Source of the DNA: Callorhinchus milii
Lineage: Eukaryota
Length of the DNA stretch: 64,000 nt
Direction: 5' to 3'
NCBI RefSeq assembly: GCF_018977255.1
Contig: NW_024704742.1
Location: forward strand, 62,064,001-62,128,000
The notes beneath the pieces are model-generated. The model was not told the origin of the DNA. It was given only the letters and a program-made list of their open reading frames with translations, and made no database searches. Made by a program: the position numbers and the translations under genes. Positions 1 to 12,966 of this stretch are shown here, one piece after another (the first letter of the stretch is position 1; the number at the start of each line of letters is the position of its first letter).

Positions 1-78
1 AAATCGCAAGGTGAGTCTTGATCCTACAATCCTCTAGTTCAGAGGCAAAGGTACCACCAACTGAGCCAGGCTGACTCT
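1..78 (-). mobile_element. SINE family B (Deu-domain type) tRNA-like head, cut by window edge
   Basis: Reverse complement GAGTCAGCCTGGCTCAGTTGGTGGTACC..CTCTGA..AGGATTGTAGGATCAAG matches the family B heads at 6459, 20348 and 58125. Confidence 0.65.
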
Positions 79-174
79 CAAACAGAAAAACAAGGGCACG
101 AAGGATCAAAACAATGCCCTAACAATAGTATCGTAACAATAGTGTTAAGGTTTTAGTTTTGAACTGCAGTCAAC

Positions 175-875
175 ATATAGATTTTTTTCACAGAAAAAAG
201 TCATTTGGCCCATCGTGTTTATGCCACTACTGACTGCTTCTCTCAATTGCCCTGTTTGATTACTCCCACTTTCCCATTCTCTCCCCATATATTTGATATT
301 TTTCACTGCTCAGGTTTTTATCGAGTTCCATTTTGAATGATTGCATGGATCCAGCCTCAATACATTACTTGTGGGAATGGACACCACACCCTACCTAACC
401 TCTCTCCTATTTTTTTTCAGCTAACAATCCTGAGACTCTGTCTCCTGCCTATGTCTATGCCTCATTACTTCCCCAACTAAAGGAACTATTTCCTCCTATC
501 TACCCTGTCATACCCCTTCAGTATCTTAAACATATCTATCATATCCATTGTCAATCTCATCTGCTCCAGTGGGAAAAGGCCTATTTATGCCAGTCTCTCT
601 TCATATTCACTATATATTGTCTCATATCCAGTAACATCAGAATGAATCTGAGCTGCAGTTTCTCCAGCTCTATGACATCCTTTCTACAATGCAATGCAAT
701 TTACACATATATAACATCTTTTATGTCTTGCAGATATCTCAAAGCACTTAAATTTCTGCTGTGGGAAGCCTAAAACTGAATACAATATTCCAACTAATCA
801 AAGTCAAACCAAAGTCCTAAGCAATTCCAACATAAATTTCCATCTTTTATATTCAATACACTGGATAATCCTTAT
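175..875 (-). mobile_element. Degenerate CR1-type LINE 3' fragment
   Basis: CATTTGGCCCATC tail motif and RT C-terminal remnants resembling the other CR1 fragments in the window. Confidence 0.6.
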
Positions 876-1189
876 GTTTTCGTATTAGAAGAGATAAATA
901 GCAATGGTTTTTATAGTGCTTCTATTCTATCGTTACAAGACATTTTTTTCTCAGACATGTTGATGCATTAGTCCATGCTTTCACAACATTATGCACATCT
1001 CCTCCCTTCTAGGATTTGGGGCTTTTTGTTGCTATTTCGCTGTGACATGAAGTAACTTTTCATCTTATTATTATCATTATCTTAGCTTCAGTAACAATTA
1101 GGAACAGGAGTTTAACTTAATCATTTCCTGATACAAATTAAACAATAGTTAGTGATTATAATACATGACATCCTGTTTATGGTAAAACC

Positions 1190-1500
1190 ATAATAACACA
1201 GAAACAGACCATTTGTCCCATCAAGTTTGTGTTGTTTTTCTCTACATTATCCGATATATTTATCCCTCTCTCCTGGTCACTCCCCAAACCGGTAATATTC
1301 TTCCTCATTAAGAATGGATAGCAATTTCCATTTAAAATAATCTAAGAACTCTGCCACAACTATAGTTATGTGGCAGAGAATTCTGCATTCTCAATGCGAT
1401 TTTTTTTCTAACCTCCCCTTTAATATTTTTTGTGATATTATTGACTTACCAACCAATGAAACAATTTACCCTATCATAACTGCTTGTACTCTTTCATAAC
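1190..1500 (-). mobile_element. Degenerate CR1-type LINE 3' end
   Basis: ACACAGAAACAGACCATTTGTCCCATC tail; GGCAGAGAATTC...TTTTTTCTAACCTC pattern. Confidence 0.55.
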
Positions 1501-1534
1501 CCTTCAGAAATTTCAGACAATTTAAATAATCTTA

Positions 1535-1800
1535 AATAATAATCCTTCCATTTAATATAGCACCTTATCACATCATCACAGCGTCTGAAAGCACTTCATA
1601 TGATTTACTGCAAGGTATTGTGACTTTGTAATGGTTATGCATGCAGTAGACAATCTCTGCACAGCAATGTCCTGCAAACAGCCGTGAAGTGAAATGACAA
1701 AGTTTATATGAGGGATTGCAAATGTAACCAAAAATGACAAAAATCTTAAGTGGAAGACCATGAGAAACTTCATGCCTCCAGAGTCAAAGGTGAAATAATA
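1535..1800 (-). mobile_element. SINE 3' part (Deu segment plus L2-like tail)
   Basis: (AAT)n ATCCTT..ATTT..TATAGCACCTTATCAC tail and GCACAGCAATGTCC..CAAACAGCC core. Confidence 0.7.
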
Positions 1801-2059
1801 TTCTGGAAAAAGTAGTAGCACTGTTGATCCACTTTCACTATGTTTATTATTTTTATGATGTTATTAAGTGCTGTAAGATTTTGCTTGTAATTTATCCTAA
1901 TAACAGGGAAATTCCAAAGCCGGCTACTTATCATCTGAGAAGAGTTTCACAAGAAGCTATTTGGAGAGGAAATCAGGGGCAAAGACCTCAGTGTTATATC
2001 GGTTGTAGCTGTATGCTACCTCAATGTTACACAGACATGTTCCATACCTCGGTCATGTA

Positions 2060-2295
2060 AATGGAAGAGGTTTTATATATCTACCTCTTTGACTGCAGTA
2101 TCAGTCACCATTCCTCTCCCCATCCCGTCAACTCCCAACCCTGGTTTGGGTGCCAAGCCATTATTGTCTGTGCACTCCGAGACGCTACCCTATGTGAAGG
2201 GTGTACCAGTATATAAATGGAACTTGTTGTGAAGCATCTTGGGACGTCCTCCCGATGTGAACGCCACTATACAAATGTAAATTTGCATTGTATTG
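2060..2295 (+). mobile_element. L2 3' end remnants with two tails
   Basis: CTCTTTGAC...pyrimidine tract...TTGGGACGTCCTCCCGATGTGAA..CTATACAAATGTAA. Confidence 0.65.
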
Positions 2296-2446
2296 CATAT
2301 TAGTTCCTCTTAACCCTAGTTATCCTCCCTCATTATCTTGACTGTGTGGTTCGCTCAGTGTTGATGGACTAGGCTTTTCCCGTTCTGCCACATATGCATT
2401 CAGGAAACTATAAACATGTCTCTATTTATCTGGTAAACTGCGGTTA

Positions 2447-2720
2447 GAGAAATATAGGAATGTGCTGGCCCAGAAAAGATCCAGAAGGTCCATCTGGCCT
2501 GTGCTATTTTCAAATACTATCTCTCCCCCATCTCACATACTTCCAATCCTGTCAAAAAAAATTATTCGAACCCCCTTAAAATTGTTTATACTATCCCCCT
2601 CCCCCAACACACACACAGATACACACAGACACACTTTTTCCCTGGGCAAACTGCTCCCTATTCTAACTATGTGGCATTGCGACCTGCAAATGAAAATACC
2701 ATTGCTCCCAAAGTGCCTTC
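2447..2720 (-). mobile_element. CR1-type 3' fragment with (CA)n insert
   Basis: TAGAGAAATATAGGAA...GGTCCATCTGGCC tail; CCTGGGCAAACTGCTCC. Confidence 0.45.
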
Positions 2721-3814
2721 AATCCTTCCCTTCACACACACGCACACATACACCGGCCTATGGTTTTGCTGAATTATTGGGAGTCAAGTCAGGCACTTGG
2801 CTTCTCTGAATATAATAGCGCTCTTACAAAGCCCAACAAATGATTCATTCATTGATGTAGCCATTGATTTAACGACTGCATGTGATGCACTGCATACTGG
2901 TGCAGTGACCAGCTTTGCCAGTGGGTGGTAGAATACATGCTTCTTCACATGGCAAGCTCCCAATTTCTGAAGCACATTTGAGTTGCAAGAGTATACGCCA
3001 AAGGGGAAAGACGTTACCTGTATTGCTATCACTCACCTTGTCTCAGATGGGTTAGAATGTATGGTGTGTGCTGCTCACAACTGGGGGGAAAATGAATCAT
3101 TGAAGTGGCCAAATTAAGAAAGTGAACAACTGAAGATGGGTGGGGGGAGGGAAATGAAATACTTTACAAATTTATTACACTTATTGAAAAAAACAAGGGT
3201 ATTTACACACAAAGAGCGTTTGAAACAAAGTGAGCCTGAGTTGAAAATTCAGCATGACTCTAGACTGCAAGCTTGTTGAAATGTTGTAGAGCAAAACAAA
3301 AATGAAAAAGCCCACTTACTGTTCATAAAAAAGACACAGCATTAAAATAAAAGAGGTTAAAACACATTTGACCTAATCAGAGCAAATGTGTCTTTTGCCC
3401 TCATTATGCATTTATGTCTCAAAGACATGAATACTTTTATTTTAACAGCAGAAAATCATACAGTGGGGTTATAAACTGTGAACCCATAAATGGAGCTATA
3501 CTTTTAAGTATCCTAAAAGCTCTATGCAGTAAAAGCACAACAGCTTTCACCTTCTGAAGATTGAAGATTCATTACTGTAACAGCTACAGTCCTCTTATCA
3601 ACCACAGCGCCAAAAGCAACATACCTAAATGTTCTTTTAACACAAGGAGATCAGAGTAGCTATTACTCAAATAATGATATCCACATGGTAAAAAGAGGTA
3701 GCTAACCAGGATTCTACTAACTTTTAGAGCCTGGTGTTTTCTGGTTGTTCTGAATTTGAACCCCCAGAAATAACAGAATAAAGAACTGTTACATATTTAT
3801 ATACAAACAATAAA

Positions 3815-4030
3815 GTTATTTAATAGAAACACAGAAATATAAAGGCTAGGACAAGACCATTGCAGATAATTTGTAATGTTGAAACTTATACTGTATATAA
3901 AATTATCCGACACAATTGTATCTTTCAAACCTCTCAACTGTTTATTTCTCTCTAAATTTCTGTCTAATTCTTTATTGAATTTACTGTCACAATCTGCCTC
4001 CACCAGATTAACCAATAAACCAGGTAAACC
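3815..4030 (-). mobile_element. CR1-type LINE 3' end
   Basis: Minus ORF contains LVEADCDSKFNKELDRNL, resembling the CR1 ORF2 C-terminus VVEA..I..FK..LD..L; tail TTTCTGTGTTTCTA. Confidence 0.6.
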
Positions 4031-4139
4031 ATGTTTTAGGGAGTCGAGGTCGAAGGGTTCCCGGATACGATTGACAAATTTACCTCCTGGCTGGGCCTTG
4101 CTCCCTATTGCTCTACGTATAAGGGCAGAGACCAAGATG

Positions 4140-4625
4140 AGCTAAGGAGGCATCTTGGAGAGCAGCAACCATGACTAGAAACAATGGAGGTTATCTGAGT
4201 AGCACTCAAGAAGATTTTGATGAAGACAGTGTTGATGAATTTGTGTACTTTCTGCATTTCACATGAAGTATGAGAAAACAAATCCTCAAATACATGAAAC
4301 AGAATCACTTGGTGGAATCTAGATTTCCAAATGTGGTAGTTGCTCTTCTTATGTTCTTAACATGACCAGGAACAGTCTGTGAAGATGAACATTTGTTCTC
4401 AAAGATGAGTCTCATCATAAATTCACTCGGTTCTACAATGATCCAGGATACATTGAATGCACTTGTACTTGTGTCTATTGAGCATGATTTGACACATACA
4501 CTAATTTTTGATCATGTAATTGACATGTTTGCAACTATGAAGACACATAAGAAAGTATTTTAAAAAGATATTGTTGCATATTTTGTGATTTGGTTTAAGG
4601 TCCCCAATCTCTTAATCTGGCCCTG
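4140..4625 (+). mobile_element. hAT (Tip100/ZMYM1-like) DNA transposon fossil: C-terminal dimerisation domain plus 3' TIR
   Basis: Frame +1 4279-4563 reads QILKYMKQNHLVESRFPNVVVALLMFLT*PGTVCEDEHLFSKMSLIINSLGSTMIQDTLNALVLVSIEHDLTHTLIFDHVIDMFATMKTHKKVF*, matching hATC FPN..IAL.IFLT.P.T....ERSFSK...IKN.LRSTM.Q.RLN.L...SIE; followed by TIR-like TTAATCTGGCCCTG at 4612-4625. Confidence 0.85.
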
Positions 4626-4870
4626 ACCTCCACCACCCACCAAATTACAGGATTATGCAGACACTTCTGGTTCCCACAATGGGATGAAATTTACAAGTGA
4701 TGCAACAAAGAGTCACAGACACCTGTTAACCAGCACTGCATTACCCTAATCCATGGATGCTTTAATTTGGAACTGGATTACCTGGGGTGGAGTTCACAAG
4801 GATCAGCTTCATATACTTCAGAGAACTGTGAGGAGTCACTATTTGTGTCGCGGAATCGCTTTCTGTTGCT

Positions 4871-5168
4871 CATAATAATAATCCTTGCATTTAAATTAGC
4901 GCATTTCAAACCTCTAAATGTCTCAAAGCGCTTCACAGAATATACTGTAATGTAAATTGACTGTATATTTGTGGGTGAAAAGCGGCAGCCAATTGCGCAC
5001 AGCAGTGTCCCACAAACAGACATGGATTGAATAACCAAATTATTATTGTGTTTGTTTTCTTGAAGGATTATTATCAGGCGTGTGGAGCAAAGAAACTTGC
5101 CCAAGGTTTCACCCTGCCGGGAATCGAACCCAGGTCTCTCGCTTGTGCAGCGAGTGCTCTAACCACTA
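4871..5168 (-). mobile_element. tRNA-derived SINE family A (short subtype)
   Basis: Reverse complement GTGGTTAGAGCACTCGCTGCACAAGCGAGAGACCTGGGTTCGATTCC head; TTGGGCAAGTTTC; (ATT)n tail. Confidence 0.9.
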
Positions 5169-5598
5169 TTTGTGACTTTTTGTTGGGTTTGCCGCATTGT
5201 AGACTTCAGTAACATTCCTTTGAGTTTTGTTTTTAGACAAATACAATGTCGCGTTTCAAATTATCATTTGAGCTATATCAGAGGAGCATTGCCTCATGCA
5301 GTCACCCTTCACCCAATCATTCACTTGTTACCCATTATCATGGCCACAATCAATACACACGTTAGTCACAAATACTTAACAGAAAAAGTACCGAATTCTC
5401 TCATTTTGCGAAGCAAACCCGAATGCATAACTCAAAATTTGTGTAAGTCATATTAAATGTTATGATCTTGACTAATATGGCATGTAATAAACATGATTAT
5501 TAGTAGTGGTAGTAGTAATCATTAGAATGAAGCTGTTTATTTGAAGCAATATTTTCTTTGCTGCCTGATTGCACCTTGCAGACCTCCCTTTATTATAG

Positions 5599-5840
5599 TT
5601 TTTTTTGGTTAGCCAGTTAACCATTAGTTAATGTGTATGTTGGATACACACCAAAACCTCTAACACTATGCTAAAAGTTTCCAAACCAAATTATTGAGAG
5701 TTCCACATAGATATTGAAATTTCATTATATCTGCAATGGAATGTGCACTCTCTCCCAGGAGGGACCCACCCTACTTACCTAATCCCGGACGGTTTAAGCG
5801 TACGTTAGCAAGAGCCAAGGCTTCGGAATCCCTGAGTGTC
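5599..5840 (-). repeat. Unnamed A-tailed interspersed repeat (family E)
   Basis: TGCACTCTCTCCCAGGAGGGACCCACCCTACTTACCTAATCCCGGA, shared with five other loci. Confidence 0.7.
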
Positions 5841-5977
5841 TTTATTATAATTTCAATCACAGTGAGGAACAATGAAACAATATGGCTCATATGCACAGTT
5901 AGTCGTTAGTAATACCACATAGAATCCATTAAGAAGTATTCTGTCTTCTGTACTTTAGAGGTTGCACTTAGAATAGA

Positions 5978-6307
5978 AAGTACTGTAGCTCAGTGGTTAG
6001 AGCACTCACTTTGCAAGCGAGAGACCTGAGTTCAATTCCAGGCAGAGGGCAAAACCTTGGGCAAGTTTCCTTACTCCACACAGAGCCTAATAATAATCCC
6101 TCCAAAACCCCAAAAAAACCAATAATAAAAAAATTGGTCATTTTCAATCTACCACTGTTTGTTGGACATTGCTGTGCACAATTGGCTGCCGCATTCGCCC
6201 ACAAATATACAGTCAATTCACTTTACAGTGTGTTCTGTGAAGCGCTTTGGGACGTCCTCCTGACGTGAAAAGCACTATATCAAATGCAAGGATTATTATT
6301 ATTATTA
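5978..6307 (+). mobile_element. tRNA-derived SINE family A (short subtype), near full length
   Basis: A box TAGCTCAGTGG, B box GTTCAATTCC, L2-like tail AGCGCTTTGGGACGTCCTCCTGACGTGAAAAGCACT, (ATT)n. Confidence 0.95.
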
Positions 6308-6458
6308 CTTTATTTCTAGTTGATTTTCCTTCCATTTTACAATTAAACCCTCAGAGGCTATGAGTCTGTAGCCTCAATAGTAAGTGTGTGGCGGTGTTGA
6401 TTTTTTTTACACATCTTGTACCAGGTTACATCATCAAGTATTCAACCTTCCAAGTACA

Positions 6459-6520
6459 GGTGTCAGCCTGGCTCAGTCGGTAGCACTATTTCCTCTGAGC
6501 CAACAGATTGTGCGTTAAAA
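6459..6520 (+). mobile_element. SINE family B head only
   Basis: GTGTCAGCCTGGCTCAGTCGGTAGCAC..CCTCTGAGCC..AAGATTGTG. Confidence 0.65.
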
Positions 6521-7374
6521 TACAGAAATTGAGCTCATAGTCTGGCCCAGGTTGGTCCATCCTTTTCGCTGCCAAGGATCGGATACTCTTCTCTAAAAAC
6601 ACATTGCACAGGAAGCGACATCAGAAGTGACTTGGTGACCAGGAAGTTGGTTATATTGGTTTCCTCGCGTCAGTCCAACGTTTCATATTTCTGCTCATGT
6701 GCAGTGAATCTATAAGCACTGGCTAATGATCACGTACTATCATAGCGCTTGTTGGGATTTTATGAACTGTAACTATTATGTTGTAATGGGGCTCTATGGA
6801 ATTTGCAAAGAGAGAAAGTTACTCCAGGTATCCTGGCCATTCCTCCCTCTGTAATTAAGGACATTTTAGAAATTATAAAACTGAAGCTGTAGCTTTGTTA
6901 ATGTCATCAGACGGTGAGACTGTTACATTTACTTAGTGCTGAGTTTACTTTGCAGGAATGTTTCTCAATACATCCAGCTGAAATTTTGTGGCCGGGTAAT
7001 TTGTAAATACATAGCAAATTGTGCGTAAATATTCAACGAACACTGGCCTGCTTTATGTCTGCAAAATGTATCAATAATGAGCATTGATTCAGTAATTGTA
7101 CAGCTGAACCCTATTTGCTGATGTCTGATACTCTGATATGTTGACTGCATGTTGTGGAGTTCATCTCACCCATTAGATCTTCTGAATTACTCAGCATTTT
7201 CCGATTTACTGTTGTCTTTGATAAATCAAGCCTGTTTTAAAGATTGTAGTGGTGGAAAGAGAAAATAAATCTCCAAACAAAACATTTTTAGTGAAAGCAG
7301 GAGGGATGAAATGAAGCAATACTTCGGCTGTCAATCTACATGGAGTTGATGATTGAAGATTGATCTCATGAGAT

Positions 7375-7635
7375 CACAAAACTTAATTTAAGATAGTTAG
7401 CAAATGAACAAACAAGGGGATTTTTTTCACACAGAGATTAGTTAGGAGCTGTGGTTGAGGCAGAATCCATATTAGCTTTCAAAAGGAAACTAGATAATGA
7501 ATATCTAAAAAGATGTAAACTACAGGAGTTTGGTGAAACGGCAGGTAAATTAAAGGATTGCTCTTAAAAGATCCAGCACAGACACAATGGGCCGAATGGC
7601 CTTCTTCTATGCTGTAAATATCTATGGTTCTAACT
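7375..7635 (+). mobile_element. CR1-type LINE 3' end
   Basis: GTGGTTGAGGCAGAATCC...TTCAAAAGGAAACTAGAT (VVEAES..FKRKLD) and ATGGGCCGAATGGCCTTCTTCTATGCTGTAAATATCTATGGTTCTA tail. Confidence 0.85.
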
Positions 7636-8431
7636 CTTATTCCTGTTTTCTGGCCACTCTGAAGTAGAGGGAATGCTGTACAAATTTGGTGCCTTAAATA
7701 AGTCCCAGGTGGGCAGCGAATTTGTTCCCTAAAGCAGCAATCCTCCAATTTGGCTCTTGTCCCTATAAATACTCTGATGTCTGCAGTGTCACTTTATTCA
7801 ATAGACTAAATACATCTCTCCTCAGCAGGTTATCTCAAGTAGTTGCCAAAGTACTGCAGAGAATAGAATTCAATTTACATGTCTGCTGCTGAGTTAGAAT
7901 AATGCTATAAAGAAAGGGTCCTGGTGTCTTTTTCTTATACGTTATATTAAATCTCACAGCCTGAGGGAACATAGTATATGTCTTAAGTTCTTTCATTTAT
8001 TATCCGCATCTGTGCTTTTACTAATTCATTTCCTCTCTTTCCCCCACCCCCCTCCCATGCTCTTTCATTGTTCCCTAAAAAAACTAAGAAAACATTTGTT
8101 AATAATAAACTTTCTTAAAAAGTCATTATAACTTTTTTAAAAAACACATAAAGTTCAACACAAGCTAAATGCACAAGTCAGAAAAACAATTTAATGGTTA
8201 ATTTAATTTCACCTGATTTAGGATATTAGAGGTTGGTTCTAAGTCACTTGCTAACTGAGGATGGCTGAACCCAGCTGAGGTCAGAGTTGAAACATTAGAC
8301 AAACGGTGAAGCAGTGAAGATGTCTTAAGTGGTCAACAGCCGACAGTAAATGGTAGGAATAAACATTTAAATTGAAAATGCTTGGATCCTGCTTGGTGCT
8401 TTCCGCTACAGACACACTTCTAGTTACTTCC

Positions 8432-8495
8432 AGCGCCTTGGGACGTCCTCCCGTTGTGAAAGGCGCAATACAAATGTAATCTTGTTGTTGTTGTT
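8432..8495 (+). mobile_element. Isolated L2 3' stem-loop tail
   Basis: CAGCGCCTTGGGACGTCCTCCCGTTGTGAAAGGCGCAATACAAATGTAATC(TTG)n. Confidence 0.85.
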
Positions 8496-9429
8496 AAAAC
8501 CATTTAATACTGGGGTTGAAAAAAATCCTCATTGGAAAAGGGGCAGTGTTTAATGGTGCCTTGAGTAGTAAAGTGCATCTTCTCCAGACAATCCTATGTA
8601 CATCACTCCGACCTGTGACCTGATCTCAGGTCAGGCTCCAGGTCTTGAGAGTCAGCATAATGTATTTACGGAGGTTTCTGGAGGTGAAACACTTCACAGT
8701 CCAAGCCCCTTTACCAGTGTTAGATGACATTTACATTGCTGTTTTCGCGGTGAGCACTTTTTTAAATTCCATATGCCCTTCCCTGGTTGTTTATTCCCCA
8801 TGTCTTTATTTTTTTTATGTCTTTTTCCCTCTCCTCACACCAGCTCAGAATTCCAGTCAGCTGGGTGAAATGCTTTGAGACATCCTCCTGATGTAAAAGG
8901 TGTAGTTGTGTCTGAATTCCATTTTTTGCATCTAACTTACTTTGATGTTTGGAAACCTCTGTCATATTTCACAGCTTGCCTGGATTTAGCTTGTCGATAC
9001 CCTTCATAATCATGAACATATATTATGAATAATACTAATAACAACTTGCATTCGATGCAACTTGTACTCATCATTTGAAAATAAACATCCCAAAGCGCTT
9101 GACAAATCATAAATGATCAGAAATGAAACCTAATGTTTTTATACAGCGACTGCCAATCTGCAGCATCCTAAGAACAACAATGGGATGAACAACCAATTCA
9201 TTTGAATTGGTGATGAGGGCTAAATTTGCAATAGGGGGGAAATGTAAGATAGAAACCAAGATAACCAGGAGAAAGACTTTGTGGTTCTTTGAAATAACAA
9301 TCACAGGGCTATTTCTATCATGTCACCTCACATTCCCAAAGAATGCAAACCCAACATCCTCAATTTAGGTTCCTATAATCTGTTGCCATCTTGGTTGCAC
9401 ATCTCTGCACCCTCTCATCTTAATATCCT

Positions 9430-9670
9430 TCCTAAGATTTAGTACCTAAAACTTACAGCATTCCAGATGTAGTCTGACCAACGCCTTATACAATGACAAT
9501 GTAACCTCTTTTGATCTGTACTCTATCCCTCTACAAGTGCAACCAAATACCTATTTGCCTTTTTTTTACTGCCGCAAAGCAGTGGGCTGATGGTTTCATC
9601 GATTTATCCACAGTAACCCTTGATCTCTTTCCTAAGCAGTACGCTGTACAAACTGTTCCATTTAATGCCG
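9430..9670 (-). mobile_element. CR1-type RT fragment
   Basis: CAGCATTCCAGATGTAGTCTGACCAACGCCTTATACAA; reverse complement reads LYKALVRLHLEC. Confidence 0.75.
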
Positions 9671-9899
9671 AGTTTATACTGCTGGAAGTGATTCATTATT
9701 GCTTCCAGCAGAGCAGGAAAGCGATTAGGAGTGGGAAAACTGATTTATATTTCCTGCTCTAAAATTGCATTGGTCAGAGGCTGGGAGGCTCCGCTAACTA
9801 ATCTCATAACCAGCTCTTTAATAACATTGAAAATGGTCCCTTAAAAGTTCTTGGGTGAAGCAATGAACTTTTAAGGGATCCTTTGATTGGAGACTGAGC

Positions 9900-10220
9900 C
9901 AGGGATGAGGGGTGTCAGTTATGAAGAGAATCTTGAAAAGTTTGGGAATTTTTTTTACACTGGAGCCAAGAAGATTAAGGGCTGACTTGATCAATGTCTT
10001 CAATATTATTAAGGGTTAATGATAGAGCAAATAGCAATAGAATATGTCCACGAGTTGGAAAGTCAGTAACAATAGAGCACAAATACCTGTAATCATAAAA
10101 ATAATTAAATGGAGGTTAGGGAAAAAAGTGTCTTTACATAGAGGATGATTGGAATATAAAATTCTGTGCCACAATGCATTGTTCATGCAGAGTCCAGGAC
10201 ATTGCTGGATGCAAAATTAG
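9900..10220 (+). mobile_element. Degenerate CR1 ORF2 3' fragment
   Basis: AGTTATGAAGAGAATCTTGAAAAGTTTGG...AGAAGATTAAGGGCTGACTTGATC (Y.E.L..LG.F.LE.RRLR.DLI). Confidence 0.75.
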
Positions 10221-10333
10221 GTTAAACTTTTGACTACAAAACAGCATTGACTTCATGTCATCTCACTCTTGAAAGCGATTCAAGAGACTTTTTTCACATG
10301 AAAGACTCTATACAGGAAAAGTAATTATAAAAA

Positions 10334-10650
10334 ATAACAATCTTGCCTTTTACATCGGGGGGATGCTTCAAAACACATATACTGTGCCATGATAGTATTT
10401 TGTAGGCAAAAGCGGCAGCTGATTTGCACAAAGCAATGTCCCACAAATAGCCATGAAGTGAATTATCAGTTTAGGCTGTGGATTGTTGGCCAGGACATGG
10501 TGAGAAACTTTTCTATTGGAAGAGTGCCATGGGATTTTTAATGTCCACCTGAACAGGCAGATAGGGCCTCGGTTTAGTGTCTTATACACAGGATGGCACC
10601 TCCGACAGTGCAGCACTCCCCCAGCATTGCATCGGATTGTCAACCTAGGC
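10334..10650 (-). mobile_element. SINE family B (Deu domain)
   Basis: Reverse complement GGAGGTGCCATCC..GACACTAAACCGAGGCCCTATCTGCCTGTTCAGGTGGACATTAAAAATCCCATGGCACT..GTCCTGGCCAAC, a Deu core of AmnSINE1/SacSINE1 type. Confidence 0.85.
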
Positions 10651-11475
10651 CTAACCTTCATGAGTTGCTGTTGGTGGTGGTTGTCTGGTACAGAACTTGC
10701 CCAGTTTTCAGAGCCACAGAAAAGCAATTGACAGGATTGGTATAAGTGAAATATTAGTTTTATTCAATATGTACTCAATGCAGGTGCAAAGCACAATGCA
10801 GAATTTTGCTCTTTTTTTCCCACCTGCTGTTTCCAACATGCTTCAAGTTTCCTCAGTTACATCACTTAGATTCTCTTGAACTAATATCTTGCTGAGATTT
10901 TATGTCTTTTCGTTGACCCATAAGTAAAATTTATGTCAGAGTTAAAATAAAATGTTACAAAAATTATTCCATAAAAGAGGAAGTTTGCTGAGCATACAGA
11001 GCAATTCTCTCGGAAATACGGGGCACGTAGAATCAGACCAAGAGGCCTGTCTCAAGCTCTGCAAGTTAAATTCTGATTAAACAGAGAGAATCTAGTAACA
11101 ACTAAATAAAATAAATGAAGCTCCCACCCCCAGCTCAGCTGCCCAGCCAGCACTCCGCCGCCTGCATGGGGTGGGGTGAGGGAGGGCTATAAAATTGCAT
11201 GTTGTTGTTAATTTTCTCCCAATGTGAAAGGCACTATATAAATATGGATTTTTATTGTATTGTAATGAATCTCCTTGAGTTGAAAAGTGAGACATATGGT
11301 TATCAGACCTCCAAAATTTGCAGTCAAACGATCAATAAATATCATGTAAATCCCCGAGCCCCCACCCACAGCACCCCACAACCTCAGCACAGTGGGTAGA
11401 CTGCCAGCTGTCTCGAAACTTTTGTGGCTCCATTGGAGTTGCTTTGCTTTACAAATTAGTGTTAACCTGTCTCAA

Positions 11476-11548
11476 AACAACAACAACAAAATTACAATTT
11501 GTATAGCGCCTTTCACGTCGGGAGGACATCCCAAGGCGCTGGACAATC
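11476..11548 (-). mobile_element. Isolated L2 3' tail
   Basis: (AAC)n..TTTGTATAGCGCCTTTCACGTCGGGAGGACATCCCAAGGCGCTGGACA. Confidence 0.85.
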
Positions 11549-12598
11549 AGTCCAAAAGACTTCAGATTTGACTTATGCCCAAATCATAGTACCAAAGTCT
11601 GTTTTACATCAATCAATAACTGACCGCAATTTCTAGCAAAGTGACAATGATTATAGTGTTCATCCCATTTTCATTTTGTTGCTTAATACAAAATTTAATA
11701 TGATGTTTAATATTTAATATGAGGTTTAATTGTTTAATATTTCAATTCCAGAATGCGTTCAGAATCATTTGCAAAGGTGGCCAACCAAAATAATATCCAT
11801 GCTGTAAATGGACCTGGGCTATATACCAGAGCAGGTTAAAACTTTATATAAATATATAAAGAGAGACTGAGAGAGTGGCGGCAGGCAGGAATAGCAAAAT
11901 GAGCAAGCTGGTTGTGCTTAATGTGTATTTTTATGCACCTTGCAATCCAAAAAAAATATTATGTTTGAAAGGCACAACATTCAGTATGAGAGGAAAAGGT
12001 ACACACAAAAGCACAGATCATAAAGTTGCTGCTTTTCAAACTCGTGCTGTAAGTTGTGCACTATTTGGATAACTAAGTGATGGCAACTTGCCTGTGCAGA
12101 AATCACTGGACACTTATAGAGCTATTGAGATTACCAAGCCTCAAATACAGTAAAAATAAGCCTTAAAGAAGAGTCAATGTTATTTTTTCCATTGAGACCT
12201 GACTCTAGATAAAAGACACTTTGCATGAATAATGTGGGACATGTGGGTACCAGCATTACTTTAATAGCTGTTCAACACACAGAAATCTGGCATAGCAACA
12301 GTGTACTAAAGTGATGCAACTGGCCAGCCATAGATGAGGCAGTTAAATTCATTCAAAATTATGCAAAAGAGCTCTGAAAATTGCATTCCAGAAATTGGTA
12401 GATGAAAGACTCTACTACTGCACTACAATTGTGTTTCGTGAAGAAAGGAAACATAAAAGACTGACTCAGTTGGATAAAGATAATTCATTGGAGGCGTGTT
12501 TTAATCAAATAGGAATGTAAGGTTAGACTTTGGAAACAGATTTGCATTACTTTGCGTAATGAACTTTCGTATATAAATTTAGTGTCTAATTAATTTTT

Positions 12599-12966
12599 GT
12601 GGAGTCGTGTAGCGTAATGGTTAGCACAATCACCTCGTAAGCAAGAGTATCCGGGTTCGATTCGCAGGCAGGCAAAACCAAGTTTCCTTACTTAGGCAAG
12701 TTTCCTTACTCTTATGTTTACCTAGCAGTAAGTAGGAAGCCAATTATTAATCAATTGGCAGATTGCTTTCCAGAGATAATAATCCCTCAAAAAAAATTTG
12801 GCCCCTTAAACCACAACTGTTTATGGGACATTTCTGTGCACAATTGGCTGCTGTGTTTTGCCCACAAAAATGCACAGTCAATCCACTTTACAGTATATTC
12901 TGTGAAGCACTTTGGGACGTCTCAATGACATGATAAGGTGCTGTATAAAATGCAAGGATTATTATT
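12599..12966 (+). mobile_element. tRNA-derived SINE family A (long subtype, variant head)
   Basis: GTAGCGTAATGGTTAGC A box, GGGTTCGATTC B box, TTTACCTAGCAGTAAGTAGG segment, L2-like tail. Confidence 0.9.

Noticed and set aside
12278..12378. Peptide HTEIWHSNSVLK*CNWPAIDEAVKFIQNYAKEL, faintly like a Sola-type transposase motif (HGN...V..FI.NYA)
   Set aside because: Too short and contains stops; it cannot be supported without a profile search.
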